From assembly GCA_963847705.1 (NCBI GenBank), contig CAWKBC010000023.1:2960-66959 (forward strand): 64,000 bases of DNA. Reading direction: 5' to 3'. The translations under genes were made by a program, and so were the position numbers. Of this stretch, positions 26,798 through 36,955 are shown piece by piece. Every line of letters begins with the position of its first letter. The first letter of the stretch is position 1. The DNA is from an uncultured Pseudomonadota bacterium (GTDB taxonomy: Bacteria > Myxococcota_A > Polyangia > Fen-1088). Below the pieces are notes generated by a model that saw only the letters and a program-made list of their open reading frames with translations, searched no databases and was not told the origin of the DNA.

Positions 26798-26981
26798 GGT
26801 CGATGGTCTCCGGTGCGAGTGCCAAGCACGGGGAAAGAATCCCTTCGCTACTTACGCCCTGGGCGCTCCTCCGTCAATCGCGTTGATGCCGCCGTCATTC
26901 GGGCGGACCACGGCCTGAAGCTTCGGTGCGCTTCAGCGTTTGCGGGACCGATCCTGGGGCGCGTGAGAGCGGCGAGAGGTC

Positions 26982-28121
26982 TCATTGCGTTGCTGCGCCG
27001 CCGTAGCTCGAGATTCTTTTCTTGAGGCGCAGGAAGGGGCGCTCGATCGCGTAGTAGGAAACCGCCGCGACGGCGAAGGCCGCGACGATGCGGCCCACGC
27101 GGATCGCCACGATGCCGCCGCCAAATCTGCCGGGCTTCATCAGGCCATAGATCGGAAAATGCCAGAGGTAGAGGCTGTAGGAAAGGCGTCCCATCCAGAC
27201 CAGCGGCGGCATCGAGAGAAGGCTGGTGATTGCCCAGTCCGGGCTGGAGGCAGCCACAACGACCGCGATCAGCGCCGCGGCAACGGCCACCACCAGGAAC
27301 ATTCCTCGGCCGTAACCAACCCATTCGAGCGAGGTCCGGCGCATGAGCGCCAGCAGCAGAATCGCCGCCCCGAGCGCCGCCAGGCGCAGTCGCCTTGAGC
27401 GGCCGATGAAACCAGCGACGCCGGGCCTCGCGAGGACGAAGGCGGCGACGCAGCCGAGCAACAGGCTGTCGGCGCGGGTATCGGTCCCGACATAGAGACG
27501 CCAGGGCGTGCTGCCCCGAGAGAGCAGGAACAGGCGCCAAACGCTGGAGGCCAGGGCCAGACCGATCGTCGCGGCGATGAGCGTCCAGCGGCCACGGGTC
27601 AAGCGAAGCAAGACGATGAGGAGAATCGGCCAGATCAAATAGAACTGCTCTTCGACGGCCAGGGACCAGGTGTGCCCGAGCGGTCCAAGCAGGGATGGAT
27701 CCCGCACGCTCGCCCAGTTCGTCATGTAGATGAGCGAATACCCCACTCCCTTCAGCACGTGTGGTGCTTGCGGGGCGTGGGGGAAGACGAGAACGAATGC
27801 CATGCCGACGGCGAGGAGCGCGGCCAGGGCGGGAAACAGGCGGAGGGCGCGGCGGAGGTAGAAACGGCGCAGCACGATGCGTCCCGTCTCGTGCCACTCC
27901 TTGAAGAGCAGGGAGGTGATCAAAAACCCGGACAGGACAAAGAAGACGTCGACGCCCAGATATCCCCCAGGGATCAGTTCGTCGTCGTGATAGAGCAGCA
28001 CGGCCGCTATCGAGAGCGCGCGCAGACCGTCGAGCGCAGGGAGATAGCCTCCGGGACGATAGGCGGAATCGCGAGCACCCGACGTGACGTTCATGGAGCC
28101 TTCGGGCACTATATTGGACAA
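26982..28121 (-). CDS. acyltransferase family 3 membrane protein (polysaccharide O-acetyltransferase-like)
   Basis: LPALDGLRALSIAAVLLYHDD...GGYLGVDVFFVLSGFLITSLL, followed by many hydrophobic segments. TTG at 28121, or ATG at 28094, as start. Confidence 0.85.
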   Translation of the reverse strand: MSNIVPEGSMNVTSGARDSAYRPGGYLPALDGLRALSIAAVLLYHDDELIPGGYLGVDVFFVLSGFLITSLLFKEWHETGRIVLRRFYLRRALRLFPALAALLAVGMAFVLVFPHAPQAPHVLKGVGYSLIYMTNWASVRDPSLLGPLGHTWSLAVEEQFYLIWPILLIVLLRLTRGRWTLIAATIGLALASSVWRLFLLSRGSTPWRLYVGTDTRADSLLLGCVAAFVLARPGVAGFIGRSRRLRLAALGAAILLLALMRRTSLEWVGYGRGMFLVVAVAAALIAVVVAASSPDWAITSLLSMPPLVWMGRLSYSLYLWHFPIYGLMKPGRFGGGIVAIRVGRIVAAFAVAAVSYYAIERPFLRLKKRISSYGGAATQ

Positions 28122-28225
28122 GCAAATTCGATGGCCGGTATTCTGGCAGGCCCGCGAAATAAAATGAGAATTGGACGATCAGACGGCCTCGAATCGTCGG
28201 CCCGACGCGCGGCGCGTTCGCAGCC

Positions 28226-29440
28226 GTGAGCGCCGTCCTGGTCAGCCATCCGCACGTGGCCGCGGTCGCCGTCGGGCTGGCCAGGTCGCTCGAGCGCGAA
28301 GGGAAGCTCTCGGCCTTCATGACCGGGTTCGCGTCGAGCGGAGAGGGGTGGTCGGGAGCAGCGGTCCGCGCGCTGGCGGCGCGGCGCCCCGTTCTGCGCA
28401 ACCGTGTTCTCACGGGCCTCCCCGCCTCTCGGCTGCGCGCCCTGCCCGCCGTGGAGCTGGGGGCCCGGCTGGCCGCCCGGGCGGTCGGCGGCCGCCGACC
28501 AGGCTTCAAGCCGTACGACGCCCTCTTCACGGCGCACGACCTGGCGGTTTCGCTCCTCCCCTGGCCGCGCGAGACCACCGCGGTCTACGCCTACGAGGAT
28601 GGGGCCCTGCAGACCTTCGAACGCGCACGGCGCAAAGGACTGGAGCGCATCTGGGATCTTCCGCTGCCGCACCACCTGACCATCGAGGAGATCCTGAAGG
28701 CCGAGTTCCACCGGTGGCCGGCGGCCGCGATGGGAGCACCCCACAGCGAGCCGCCGTGGAAACGGCGGCGGAAAGACGCAGAGCTGGCGCTGGCCACCAA
28801 GGTCTCGGTGGCCTCGACGTTCACCAAACAGTCGCTCGAGCGTCTGGACATCGACGCCCCCATCGCCGTCGGGGGCTACGGATTCCCCCTGGAAGAGTTT
28901 CAGCCCCGGGCCAGCGCCCCGACCGGGCCGTTCACGGTCCTCTCGGTCGGGTCCCACGACCTCCGCAAGGGGACGCCCTACCTCCTCGAAGCCTGGAGAC
29001 GTGCGGCGCTCCCCGACGCCGAGCTGCACCTGGTGGGCCCGCTCCGGCTGGCCAAGGCCTTCCTCGATCCCTACGCGGGGCTTTTTCGCCACTCGGCCCA
29101 CGTCCCGAAGAGCGAGCTCGGCCGTCACTACGCCGGCGCCGACCTGCTGGCGTTTCCCACGCTGGGCGATGGATTCGGGCTGGTGATCCAGGAGGCGATG
29201 TGCACGGGAACGCCGGTCGTCACCACGCCCTGCGGCGGCGGCCCCGACTGCATCACCGACGGCGTCGACGGGTGGATCGTTCCGCCGCGCGACATCGACG
29301 CGCTGGTCGACCGGTTTCGCGCCTGCGCGGCGGATCGGGACCAGACACAGGCGATCGGGCGGGCGGCCCGGGCGCGCGCCGAGCGGCTGACCTGGAGAGA
29401 CGCGGGCGCGGCGATCATCCGCGGCCTGGAGCTCGAATAG
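28226..29440 (+). CDS. glycosyltransferase family 4 (GT-B)
   Basis: C-terminal signature ...FTVLSVGSHDLRKGTPYLLEAW...LLAFPTLGDGFGLVIQEAMCTGTPVV. GTG start. Confidence 0.8.
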   Translation: MSAVLVSHPHVAAVAVGLARSLEREGKLSAFMTGFASSGEGWSGAAVRALAARRPVLRNRVLTGLPASRLRALPAVELGARLAARAVGGRRPGFKPYDALFTAHDLAVSLLPWPRETTAVYAYEDGALQTFERARRKGLERIWDLPLPHHLTIEEILKAEFHRWPAAAMGAPHSEPPWKRRRKDAELALATKVSVASTFTKQSLERLDIDAPIAVGGYGFPLEEFQPRASAPTGPFTVLSVGSHDLRKGTPYLLEAWRRAALPDAELHLVGPLRLAKAFLDPYAGLFRHSAHVPKSELGRHYAGADLLAFPTLGDGFGLVIQEAMCTGTPVVTTPCGGGPDCITDGVDGWIVPPRDIDALVDRFRACAADRDQTQAIGRAARARAERLTWRDAGAAIIRGLELE

Positions 29441-30633
29441 TGCGCGTCCTTTACCTCAATCCGTTCTCCCAGGAGGTCAGCGGCCCCGACGAGAGTCTGC
29501 GGACGCTGCTGGGGGCGCTCATCCCCCGCGGCCTCGAGGCGCACGTCGTCCTGCCGGCGCCGGGCCCCCAGGTCCCCCGCTACGAGTCACTGGGCGCGCG
29601 GGTCCACTTCGCGCCGCTGGCGGTGTTGCGGCGCGATCTCTCCTTCGCCGCCGCCGCGTATCCCGGGCGTCTCGCGCGGAGCGCCGTGGCGATCGGGGCC
29701 CTGGCGCGTCGGGTCGGCGCCGACCTCATCCACACCAACATGGAGGTCTTGCTGGAAGGGGGTCTGGCGGCCCGCGGCTTGGGCCTCCCGCACGTCCTGC
29801 ACTACCGGGGCAACACGATCGATCGACCGAAGTGGGCCTTCGATCTGCTGGTCGCGGCCTGGACCCGCGCCTCCGATCGAATCTTCTGCATCTCGGGCGC
29901 GACCGCCGAGATCTTCCGGCGACGCGGGCGTGACAGGCAGGTCGAGGTGCTCTACAACCCGATCGATCTGAACAGGTTCAGGCCCGGTCCGGCTTCAGCG
30001 GAGGTCCGCGCGGCGCTGGGTGCCGGGCCCGGGCAGCCGCTGGTGGGGACGGTCGGTCGGATTCACCCCCGCAAGGACCTGGAGACGTTCGTGCGCGCCG
30101 CCGCGCGGATCGCCGCCGGCTCCCCGGAGGCGCGGTTCGCGATCATCGGCGCGGCCGAGGCGCCGGTGGAGGAGACCTACCGCGCCCGCCTGGACGCGCT
30201 GGTCCGCGAGCTCGGCCTCGGGGGACGACTGGTCTTCGCGGGGGCGCGGCGTGACGTGCCGGAGGTGATGCGGGCGCTCGACCTCTTCCTGCTGACCTCG
30301 CGGCACGAAGGGTTCGGGCGGGTGGTGGCCGAGGCGATGGCCGCCGCCCGACCTTCGGTGGTGACCGACGAAGGCGCGCCGCCCGAGCTGGTCGAGCGTG
30401 GCGCTTACGGGCTCTGTGCCCCGGCGGGCGACGACGCGGCGTTCGCGGCGCAGGCCCTGACGCTGCTTGGCGACCCCTCCGCCGCCAGCGACCTCGGCAG
30501 GCGTGCGGCCGAAGGGGCCCGCCGGTTCGACGTCCTCTCCGTGGCCGAGCGCGTCTGGTCTCGCTACGGCGAGCTCACCCGCGGGCGCGATCCCCTCAGG
30601 CGAACCTCTGCACCCACTGTTCGAGCGCGGTGA
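29440..30633 (+). CDS. glycosyltransferase family 4 (GT-B)
   Basis: GTG at 29440 overlaps the upstream TAG by 1 nt. VRVLYLNPFSQEVSGPDESL...VGTVGRIHPRKD...LFLLTSRHEGFGRVVAEAMAAARPSV. Confidence 0.85.
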   Translation: MRVLYLNPFSQEVSGPDESLRTLLGALIPRGLEAHVVLPAPGPQVPRYESLGARVHFAPLAVLRRDLSFAAAAYPGRLARSAVAIGALARRVGADLIHTNMEVLLEGGLAARGLGLPHVLHYRGNTIDRPKWAFDLLVAAWTRASDRIFCISGATAEIFRRRGRDRQVEVLYNPIDLNRFRPGPASAEVRAALGAGPGQPLVGTVGRIHPRKDLETFVRAAARIAAGSPEARFAIIGAAEAPVEETYRARLDALVRELGLGGRLVFAGARRDVPEVMRALDLFLLTSRHEGFGRVVAEAMAAARPSVVTDEGAPPELVERGAYGLCAPAGDDAAFAAQALTLLGDPSAASDLGRRAAEGARRFDVLSVAERVWSRYGELTRGRDPLRRTSAPTVRAR

Positions 30634-32470
30634 GCGCGAACAGCTTGCGGCCCACGTCCTCGCCGCCGAGGTGACGATCGATGAGCGCGCCCAGCGCCCG
30701 GGGATCGAAATCGAGCATCGAGACGAGCGCGCCGGTCTTGAGTCGCTCGCGGATCGGCGCGGCGGCGGGCTCACGAAACCACCGATCGACCGGGATCTCG
30801 AACCCGCGCTTCGGGCGGTTGGCAATCCGCGCCCCCAGCTCCGGACCGAGCAGCCTCCGGACCAGCCGCTTGTCACGCAGCGGTCCGATCTTCTCTCCTC
30901 GTGGCAACCCCAACCCGAACTCGACCAGCTGGCGAGACAGGAAGGGGACCCGGACCTCGAGGCTGTGGGCCATCGAGATCTTGTCGGCCTTCATGAGAAG
31001 GTTGTCGATGAGCATCGTCTGGAGGTCGACGTACTGGAGCGTCTGCACGGGATCGAGCCGCAGCTCGCTGGCTTCGGCGAACATTCGTTCATACCGGGGG
31101 AGAGCGCCGTCCGGGCCCTCCCCGACCAGCGTCCGTCGCTCGTCGCCGCTGAAGATGTCGAACCAGGAGAGGTAACGCGCGGGCGCTTCGAGCGGAACCG
31201 ACTCGGCGACCTTGGCCAGCCGGCGCGCGATGTTGAAGATCCCCAGGGAACGCGACGGCAAGAGGGAGGTCACGTTGAGGATCTGCGCGGTGTGCGGGGC
31301 CAGCGCGGGGCGCAATTTGCGGATGACGTCGCCCCAGAAATAACGGGCGTAGCCGCCGAAGACCTCGTCACCTCCCTCGCCGGAGAGCGCGACCTTGACG
31401 TGCCGGGCGGTCCCGCTGCAGAGATACCAGAGCGGCAGAACCGCGCTGTCGGCCAGCGGCTCCTCGAGCGCACCGACGATCGGGCCGAGATCGTCGAGGT
31501 TGGCCGGGCCCAGGTCGATCCGGATGTTCTCGTTGCCCGCCCGACGGGCGACCGCGGCGGCGAAGGAGGTCTCGTCGCCCCGATCGGACGACGAGAACCC
31601 GATCGAGAAGGTCTTGGGCGGCGCGGCGTGACGATTCGCGAAGACCGTCAGCGCGCTGGAGTCGAGCCCGCCTGAGAGAAAAAGACCGGTTGGCACGTCT
31701 GCCATGAGGTGCTGCCGGACCGAGGCGTTGAGCAGCTCACGGAGGCGTTCGAGCAGGGAGTCCGGCCGGGTGTCCTCCGTCGGAGCGGGGGCCAGGCGGT
31801 AGAAGGTCTCGACGCGTGTCTGGCCGGTCGCCAGATCGATCTCCTGCAGCGTCCCGGGCGCGAGCTTGGTGATTCCGGCGAAGGCCGTCCCCGGCGACGG
31901 AACGTAGCCGATGCGCAGGTAGGTGCGCGTGAACGTCGGATCGATCGAAAGGGCGCCTTCCCCGTCGAAGGCCAGCGCACGGATCTCGGAGGCGAAGGAG
32001 AGCTGGCGGCCGGTCCGCCGCAGATAGAGCGGCTTGATGCCGAACCCGTCGCGCGCCAGAAACAGCTTCCGGCGCCGGCGGTCGTAGAGCGCGAAGGCGA
32101 ACATTCCGGCCAGTCGACTGACCAGCTCGCTGGCGCCGAGCTGCTCGTACCCGTGCACCAGGACCTCGGTGTCACTGGTCCCGCGAAAGACGTGATCGCT
32201 CACGCCGAGCCGCGAGCGGATGTCGCGGTGGTTGTAGATCTCGCCGTTGAACACCACGGCCACCGACTGGTCCTCGTTGTAGAGCGGTTGGTGGCCGGTG
32301 GGGCTCAGATCGACGATCGAGAGCCGCCGCATCCCGATCCCCAGACCACCCTCGACCAGCAGGCCTTGGTCGTCGGGGCCGCGATGTCGGATGCTCCCGG
32401 TCATCGCGGCGATCTCGTCCTCCCGGACGGCCCGGCCGTCGAAACGGATGATCCCTGCGATCCCGCACAT
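30596..32470 (-). CDS. asnB: asparagine synthase (glutamine-hydrolysing) family amidotransferase
   Basis: MCGIAGII... places the Ntn Cys at position 2. ...GLFLSGGLDSS... is the PP-loop. In a glycan locus a WbpS-like sugar amidotransferase role is possible. Confidence 0.9.
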   Translation of the reverse strand: MCGIAGIIRFDGRAVREDEIAAMTGSIRHRGPDDQGLLVEGGLGIGMRRLSIVDLSPTGHQPLYNEDQSVAVVFNGEIYNHRDIRSRLGVSDHVFRGTSDTEVLVHGYEQLGASELVSRLAGMFAFALYDRRRRKLFLARDGFGIKPLYLRRTGRQLSFASEIRALAFDGEGALSIDPTFTRTYLRIGYVPSPGTAFAGITKLAPGTLQEIDLATGQTRVETFYRLAPAPTEDTRPDSLLERLRELLNASVRQHLMADVPTGLFLSGGLDSSALTVFANRHAAPPKTFSIGFSSSDRGDETSFAAAVARRAGNENIRIDLGPANLDDLGPIVGALEEPLADSAVLPLWYLCSGTARHVKVALSGEGGDEVFGGYARYFWGDVIRKLRPALAPHTAQILNVTSLLPSRSLGIFNIARRLAKVAESVPLEAPARYLSWFDIFSGDERRTLVGEGPDGALPRYERMFAEASELRLDPVQTLQYVDLQTMLIDNLLMKADKISMAHSLEVRVPFLSRQLVEFGLGLPRGEKIGPLRDKRLVRRLLGPELGARIANRPKRGFEIPVDRWFREPAAAPIRERLKTGALVSMLDFDPRALGALIDRHLGGEDVGRKLFALTALEQWVQRFA

Positions 32471-32471
32471 C

Positions 32472-33587
32472 TCAGGAGGCCCGCGCGATCACGTCGCGGT
32501 AGACGCCGATCATCTGCTCGGCCGTGCGATCCCAGTTGAAGCGCGCGGCGTGCGCCAGCCCGCGCTCGATCAAGCTGCGTTGCAGGCCCCTGTCGGAGAG
32601 CACGGTGGCGACGTGCCAGGCCAACGCCTCGACATCCTCGGGATCGGCGGTCAGCGCGGCGTCCCCCACCACCTCGTCGAGCGACCCGGCCCGGGAACAG
32701 ACGACCGGCGTCCCCGAGGCCATCGCCTCGAGCGGCGGCCAGCCGAAACCCTCGTAGAGCGAGGGGAACAGCAAGAGGTCGACCGCGTTGTAGAGGGCGG
32801 GGAGGTCGGCGTCCGGAACCATCCCCAGCTCGAGGACGCTGTCGACCACGCCGAGCCGCTCGGCCAGCGCGCGATCGCCCCCATCGAGGGGGGGACCGAC
32901 CCGCGCCACCTTGACGTCGAGCCCATCCCTTCGCAACCGGCCCAGCACCCGGAGAACGCCGGGCAGATTCTTGTAGAAGCCGCGTCCGATCTGGAGCACC
33001 ACGGCGCCTGACCCGAATTTGAACCGTTGCCGCAGCGCCCTTCCCCCCGATTCGTCGGGTCCGAAGTGCTGATTGAGGCCCGGATAGATGACGATCACCT
33101 TGTCGGGATCGATCCCCACGAACCGGACCAGATCCCGCTTGGTCTGAGCCGAGTCGGCCACCACGGCGGCCGCGCGCTTCATGATCTCGACCGAGAATCG
33201 AAACAGCTGCAGCGCGATCTGCGGAACCCGGGCCGCCCCGATGCGCCCGGCGGCCAGAGCCAGCAGGATGACGTCATGGCAGGTGACCACCGTGCGCCGC
33301 GCGTCCAGGCTGGCCACCAGGTAGCCTTGACCGTGGTCGACCACGTGGGTGACGTCGACGTCGAGCGTCCGCACCAAACGGGGATAGACCGCGAAGCGGC
33401 CCACGTAGCCGTCGATCTTGTTCCAGGCCCCCGACCGCGCCCGCCAGGCGTTCGGAACCACGCCCGGCGGCCGCACGCGGATGAGCTGAACCTGTCGACG
33501 GCGCAGCGCCTCACCGAGGCGCTCCGCATAGAGCCGCATGCTCGGCTGCTGCTCATCCCGATAATTGTGTAAGACCGCAACACGCAA
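32472..33587 (-). CDS. glycosyltransferase family 4 (GT-B)
   Basis: MRVAVLHNYRDEQQPSMRLYA...[26 protein letters not shown]. Confidence 0.85.
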   Translation of the reverse strand: MRVAVLHNYRDEQQPSMRLYAERLGEALRRRQVQLIRVRPPGVVPNAWRARSGAWNKIDGYVGRFAVYPRLVRTLDVDVTHVVDHGQGYLVASLDARRTVVTCHDVILLALAAGRIGAARVPQIALQLFRFSVEIMKRAAAVVADSAQTKRDLVRFVGIDPDKVIVIYPGLNQHFGPDESGGRALRQRFKFGSGAVVLQIGRGFYKNLPGVLRVLGRLRRDGLDVKVARVGPPLDGGDRALAERLGVVDSVLELGMVPDADLPALYNAVDLLLFPSLYEGFGWPPLEAMASGTPVVCSRAGSLDEVVGDAALTADPEDVEALAWHVATVLSDRGLQRSLIERGLAHAARFNWDRTAEQMIGVYRDVIARAS

Positions 33588-33683
33588 GTTCGTCAGCCAC
33601 CGGTACGGAAGGTGGCGCAGTCTAACATCAGGTTCACCGACGGCCGTGCTAGATTCCCCGCCTCCGTCTGGGCTTCGTAGATC

Positions 33684-33689
33684 TATAAT
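33684..33689 (+). promoter_or_regulatory. TATAAT hexamer 11 nt upstream of the carbamoyltransferase ATG (possible -10, near-leaderless)
   Basis: gtagatcTATAATccgtccgcgaaATG. No convincing -35 and no SD-like sequence. Confidence 0.25.
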
Positions 33690-33700
33690 CCGTCCGCGAA

Positions 33701-35461
33701 ATGAACATCTTAGGAATCAACGCCTACCACGGCGACGCGTCGGTGGCTCTGGTCAAGGACGGGCAGCTGGTGGGCGCGATGGAAGAGGAGCGGCTCAATC
33801 GCCGCAAGCACTGCGCCGGCTTCCCCAGCCTGGCCGCGAAGGCGGTGCTGGACGCGGCGGGGGTCTCGCCGTCCGAGCTGGACCACGTGGCCGTGTCGCG
33901 CGATCCCAAGGCGAACCTGCACAAGAAGATCCTGTTCGCCATCCAGAAGCGCCCTTCCTTCACCAAGCTGGTGAAGGATCGCCTGGCCAACGTGGCCAAG
34001 GTGCGCGGCGTCGACGAGGCGCTGGCCGCGGCGCTGGGGGTCGAGCCGCGGGCGCTCAAGGCCAAGTTCCACGCCGTCGAGCACCACAAGTCGCACATCT
34101 CGAGCGCGTTCTTCGTCTCCCCGTTCGAGGAGGCGGCCTGCCTGTCGATCGACGGCTTCGGCGACTTCGTCTCCACCATGCGGGGCGTGGGGCGCGATCG
34201 GAAGCTGGAGATCCTCGATCGGATCGAGTTCCCGCACTCGGCGGGCCTCTTCTACACCGCCGTCACGCAGTTCATCGGCTTCCACCGCTACGGCGAGGAG
34301 TGGAAGATGATGGGGCTGGCGCCCTACGGCAAGCCGACCTACGTCGACAAGCTCCGGCAGCTCATCCATCCCGTCGACGACGGGCGGTTCGAGCTGAACC
34401 TCGACTACTTCCGGCACCACACCGAGGGGGTGGAGATGACCTGGGACGACGGGGCGCCGCAGATGGGCCTGGTCTTCTCGCCCAAGCTGGCCGATCTGCT
34501 CGGCCCCGCGCGCGACCCGGAGGATCCGGAGTTCTTCGGCAAGTGGGCCGACATCGCCCACAGCGCCCAGGTGGTCTACGAGGAGATCTTCTTCCACGTC
34601 CTCGAAGACCTGCAGCGCCGCACCGGCCTCGACAAGCTGGCGCTGGCGGGCGGCTGCGCCCTGAACTCGGTGGCCAACGGCAAGATCTTCGAGCGGACCA
34701 AGTTCCGCGAGCTGTTCGCCCAGCCGGCCGCCGGCGACGACGGCACGGCGATCGGCGCCGCCTTCTACGTCGAGCACGCCATCCTGGGCCGCCCGCGCGG
34801 CTACGTGATGCGAGACGCCTATACCGGTCTCGGCTTCGGCGACGCGGAGATTCAGGCGGCCATCGAGAAGGCGCGCGGCAACGGCTGGGACGCGCGCATC
34901 GACGTCCGTCGCCTGGAGGACGCTGACCTCTTCCGCGAGGTGGCCGGGGCGGCCGCCGCTGGCCGGGTGGTGGGGTGGTTCCAGGGGCGGATGGAGTTCG
35001 GCCCGCGCGCGCTCGGCAATCGTTCGATCGTCGCCGACCCGCGCCGCGCCGACATGAAGGACATCCTCAACAAGCGGATCAAGCACCGCGAGACCTACCG
35101 CCCGTTCGCCCCCAGCGTGCTGGAGGAGAAGGCCTCCCAGATCTTCGAGCGGGGCGAGCCCTCCCCCTTCATGATGCTGGTCTACAAGGTCCGCGAGGCC
35201 GAGCGGGCCCGCATCCCGGCGGTCACCCACGTCGACGACACCGGACGCCTGCAGACGGTCAGCGCCGCCGCCAACCCCCGCTACCACGCGCTCATCTCGG
35301 AGTTCGAGCGGCAGACCGGCGTCCCGCTGATGCTGAACACCAGCTTCAATGAGCACGAGCCGATCGTGGCGACACCGGGCGAAGCGCTGGCCTGCTACCT
35401 CAAGACCCGGATGGACGTGCTGGCGCTGGGGAACTGGGTTCTGACGCGGCCGCTTGAATGA
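33701..35461 (+). CDS. NodU/CmcH-family carbamoyltransferase
   Basis: MNILGINAYHGDASVALVKDGQLVGAMEEERLNRRKH...GGCALNSVANGK...NTSFNEHEPIV. Confidence 0.9.
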   Translation: MNILGINAYHGDASVALVKDGQLVGAMEEERLNRRKHCAGFPSLAAKAVLDAAGVSPSELDHVAVSRDPKANLHKKILFAIQKRPSFTKLVKDRLANVAKVRGVDEALAAALGVEPRALKAKFHAVEHHKSHISSAFFVSPFEEAACLSIDGFGDFVSTMRGVGRDRKLEILDRIEFPHSAGLFYTAVTQFIGFHRYGEEWKMMGLAPYGKPTYVDKLRQLIHPVDDGRFELNLDYFRHHTEGVEMTWDDGAPQMGLVFSPKLADLLGPARDPEDPEFFGKWADIAHSAQVVYEEIFFHVLEDLQRRTGLDKLALAGGCALNSVANGKIFERTKFRELFAQPAAGDDGTAIGAAFYVEHAILGRPRGYVMRDAYTGLGFGDAEIQAAIEKARGNGWDARIDVRRLEDADLFREVAGAAAAGRVVGWFQGRMEFGPRALGNRSIVADPRRADMKDILNKRIKHRETYRPFAPSVLEEKASQIFERGEPSPFMMLVYKVREAERARIPAVTHVDDTGRLQTVSAAANPRYHALISEFERQTGVPLMLNTSFNEHEPIVATPGEALACYLKTRMDVLALGNWVLTRPLE

Positions 35462-36949
35462 GAACCGCAGCGGTCGCCTTCATCCTCTCGATGCTGTGCG
35501 GGACGGCGCTGACGCCGCTGGTGCGGCGGCTGGCCTACCGCTTCGGGGCGCTCGACCACGCCCGCTCGTCGCGCAAGATCCACGGACACCCCATCCCCCG
35601 CCTGGGCGGGATCGCCATCGTCATCGCCTTCTTCGCCCCGCTCACCGGCCTCCTGCTGTTCCACAGCGGGGTGGGGAGCTTCTTCGTCGCCGAACGCGAG
35701 CACGTGATCGGCCTGTTCGTGGGCGGGATTTCCATCGCGCTCCTGGGCCTCTACGACGATCTGCGGGGGGCCAACGCGGCCAAGAAATTCTCGATCCAGT
35801 TCATCGTGGCGTTCTTCATGTACCGGATGGGGTTCCGGTTCGACACCCTGGCGAACCCGTTCGGCGAGCCGATCGCGCTCGGGTGGGCGAACCTCCCCTT
35901 CACCATGCTCTGGATCGCGGGCGTCACCAACGCCATGAACCTGATCGACGGCCTCGATGGCCTGGCCGGGGGCGTGGCGCTGGTCGCCGTCGTCACGACG
36001 TTTCTCGTCTCGCTCCAGCGCGGCCACCCGCTCATGATGCTGTTCTCGGCGGCGCTGGCCGGGTCGATCGTCGGGTTTCTGTTCTACAACTTCAACCCGG
36101 CGTCGATCTTCATGGGCGACACCGGCAGCATGTTCCTGGGCTTCGTCCTGGCGACCACCGCCATGCAGACCAACCAGAAGGCCTCCACCGCGGTCGCGGT
36201 GTTGATCCCCGGCATCGCGCTGGGGCTGCCCATCATGGACACCCTGCTGGCGATCGGGCGCCGGGCCATCCGGGGACGGCCGCTGTTTCAGCCCGACAAG
36301 GAGCACATCCACCACAAGCTGATGGATCTCGGCCTGACTCATCGGCAGTCGGTGCTGGTGCTCTACGGGTTCTGCATCCTCCTCGGTGCGGTCGCGCATG
36401 GTGCTGACCTACTCGAACAGCCTCCAGGCGGCGCTCCTGCTGGTCGTGCTCATGCTGGTGGCGTTCTTCTTTCTGCGCTCTCTCGGCTACGTGCGCTTCG
36501 CTGGAATCCAAGGCTCGGCGGGCGACCGGAAGCGGAACCGCGCGATGCGCGCCACGCTGCAGCCGCTCGGTCGCCAGCTGCGGCAAGTCCGCGTGCCCGC
36601 CGAGATGTGGCCGGCGGTCATCGAGGCCGCCACGGCCCTGGGCGCCATCGCGGTGAGATTGCACACCGATCCTCCGCGGACGGCGGAGACGCCCGTCCCC
36701 GCGTTCGCTCACGGACCGTCGGACGACGAGGTCTCGACACCGCTGTTTCGGCATCGTTTCACCGTCCCGGGTGGCAAGGGGACCGTTCGGACGCTGGAGC
36801 TCGGGTGGTCGGACGGTCGCCGCGAGATCGACCGGGACACCGAGATCGCCGCGGAGATCTTCTGCGAGCACCTGGGCGAAGCGCTGGACCTGGCCCACAG
36901 CGTCGCCCTCTCCAGCGTCCCCACCCCGACCGCCATCCCGCGGCAGTAG
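35458..36949 (+). pseudogene. WecA/MraY-family polyprenyl-phosphate sugar-1-phosphate transferase with C-terminal extension; reading frame broken near 36385-36400
   Basis: Frame 1 reads ...PRLGGIAIVIAFF...NAMNLIDGLDGLAGG...NFNPASIFMGDTGSMFLGF...HIHHKLMDLGLTHRQSVLVLYGFCILLGAVA, then turns into low-GC3 nonsense. The +1 frame (track ORF 36386..36949) continues MVLTYSNSLQAALLLVVLMLVAFFFLRSLGY... with high GC3. Deleting one base gives a seamless ...LLGAVAMVLTYSNS.... Confidence 0.8.
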
Positions 36950-36955
36950 CCGCGC

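Noticed and set aside
28171-30633. 820-aa ORF spanning two glycosyltransferase genes.
   Set aside because: The first roughly 420 codons are an alternate frame of the GT4 gene 28226..29440. The real gene starts at the GTG at 29440 (VRVLYLNPFSQ...).
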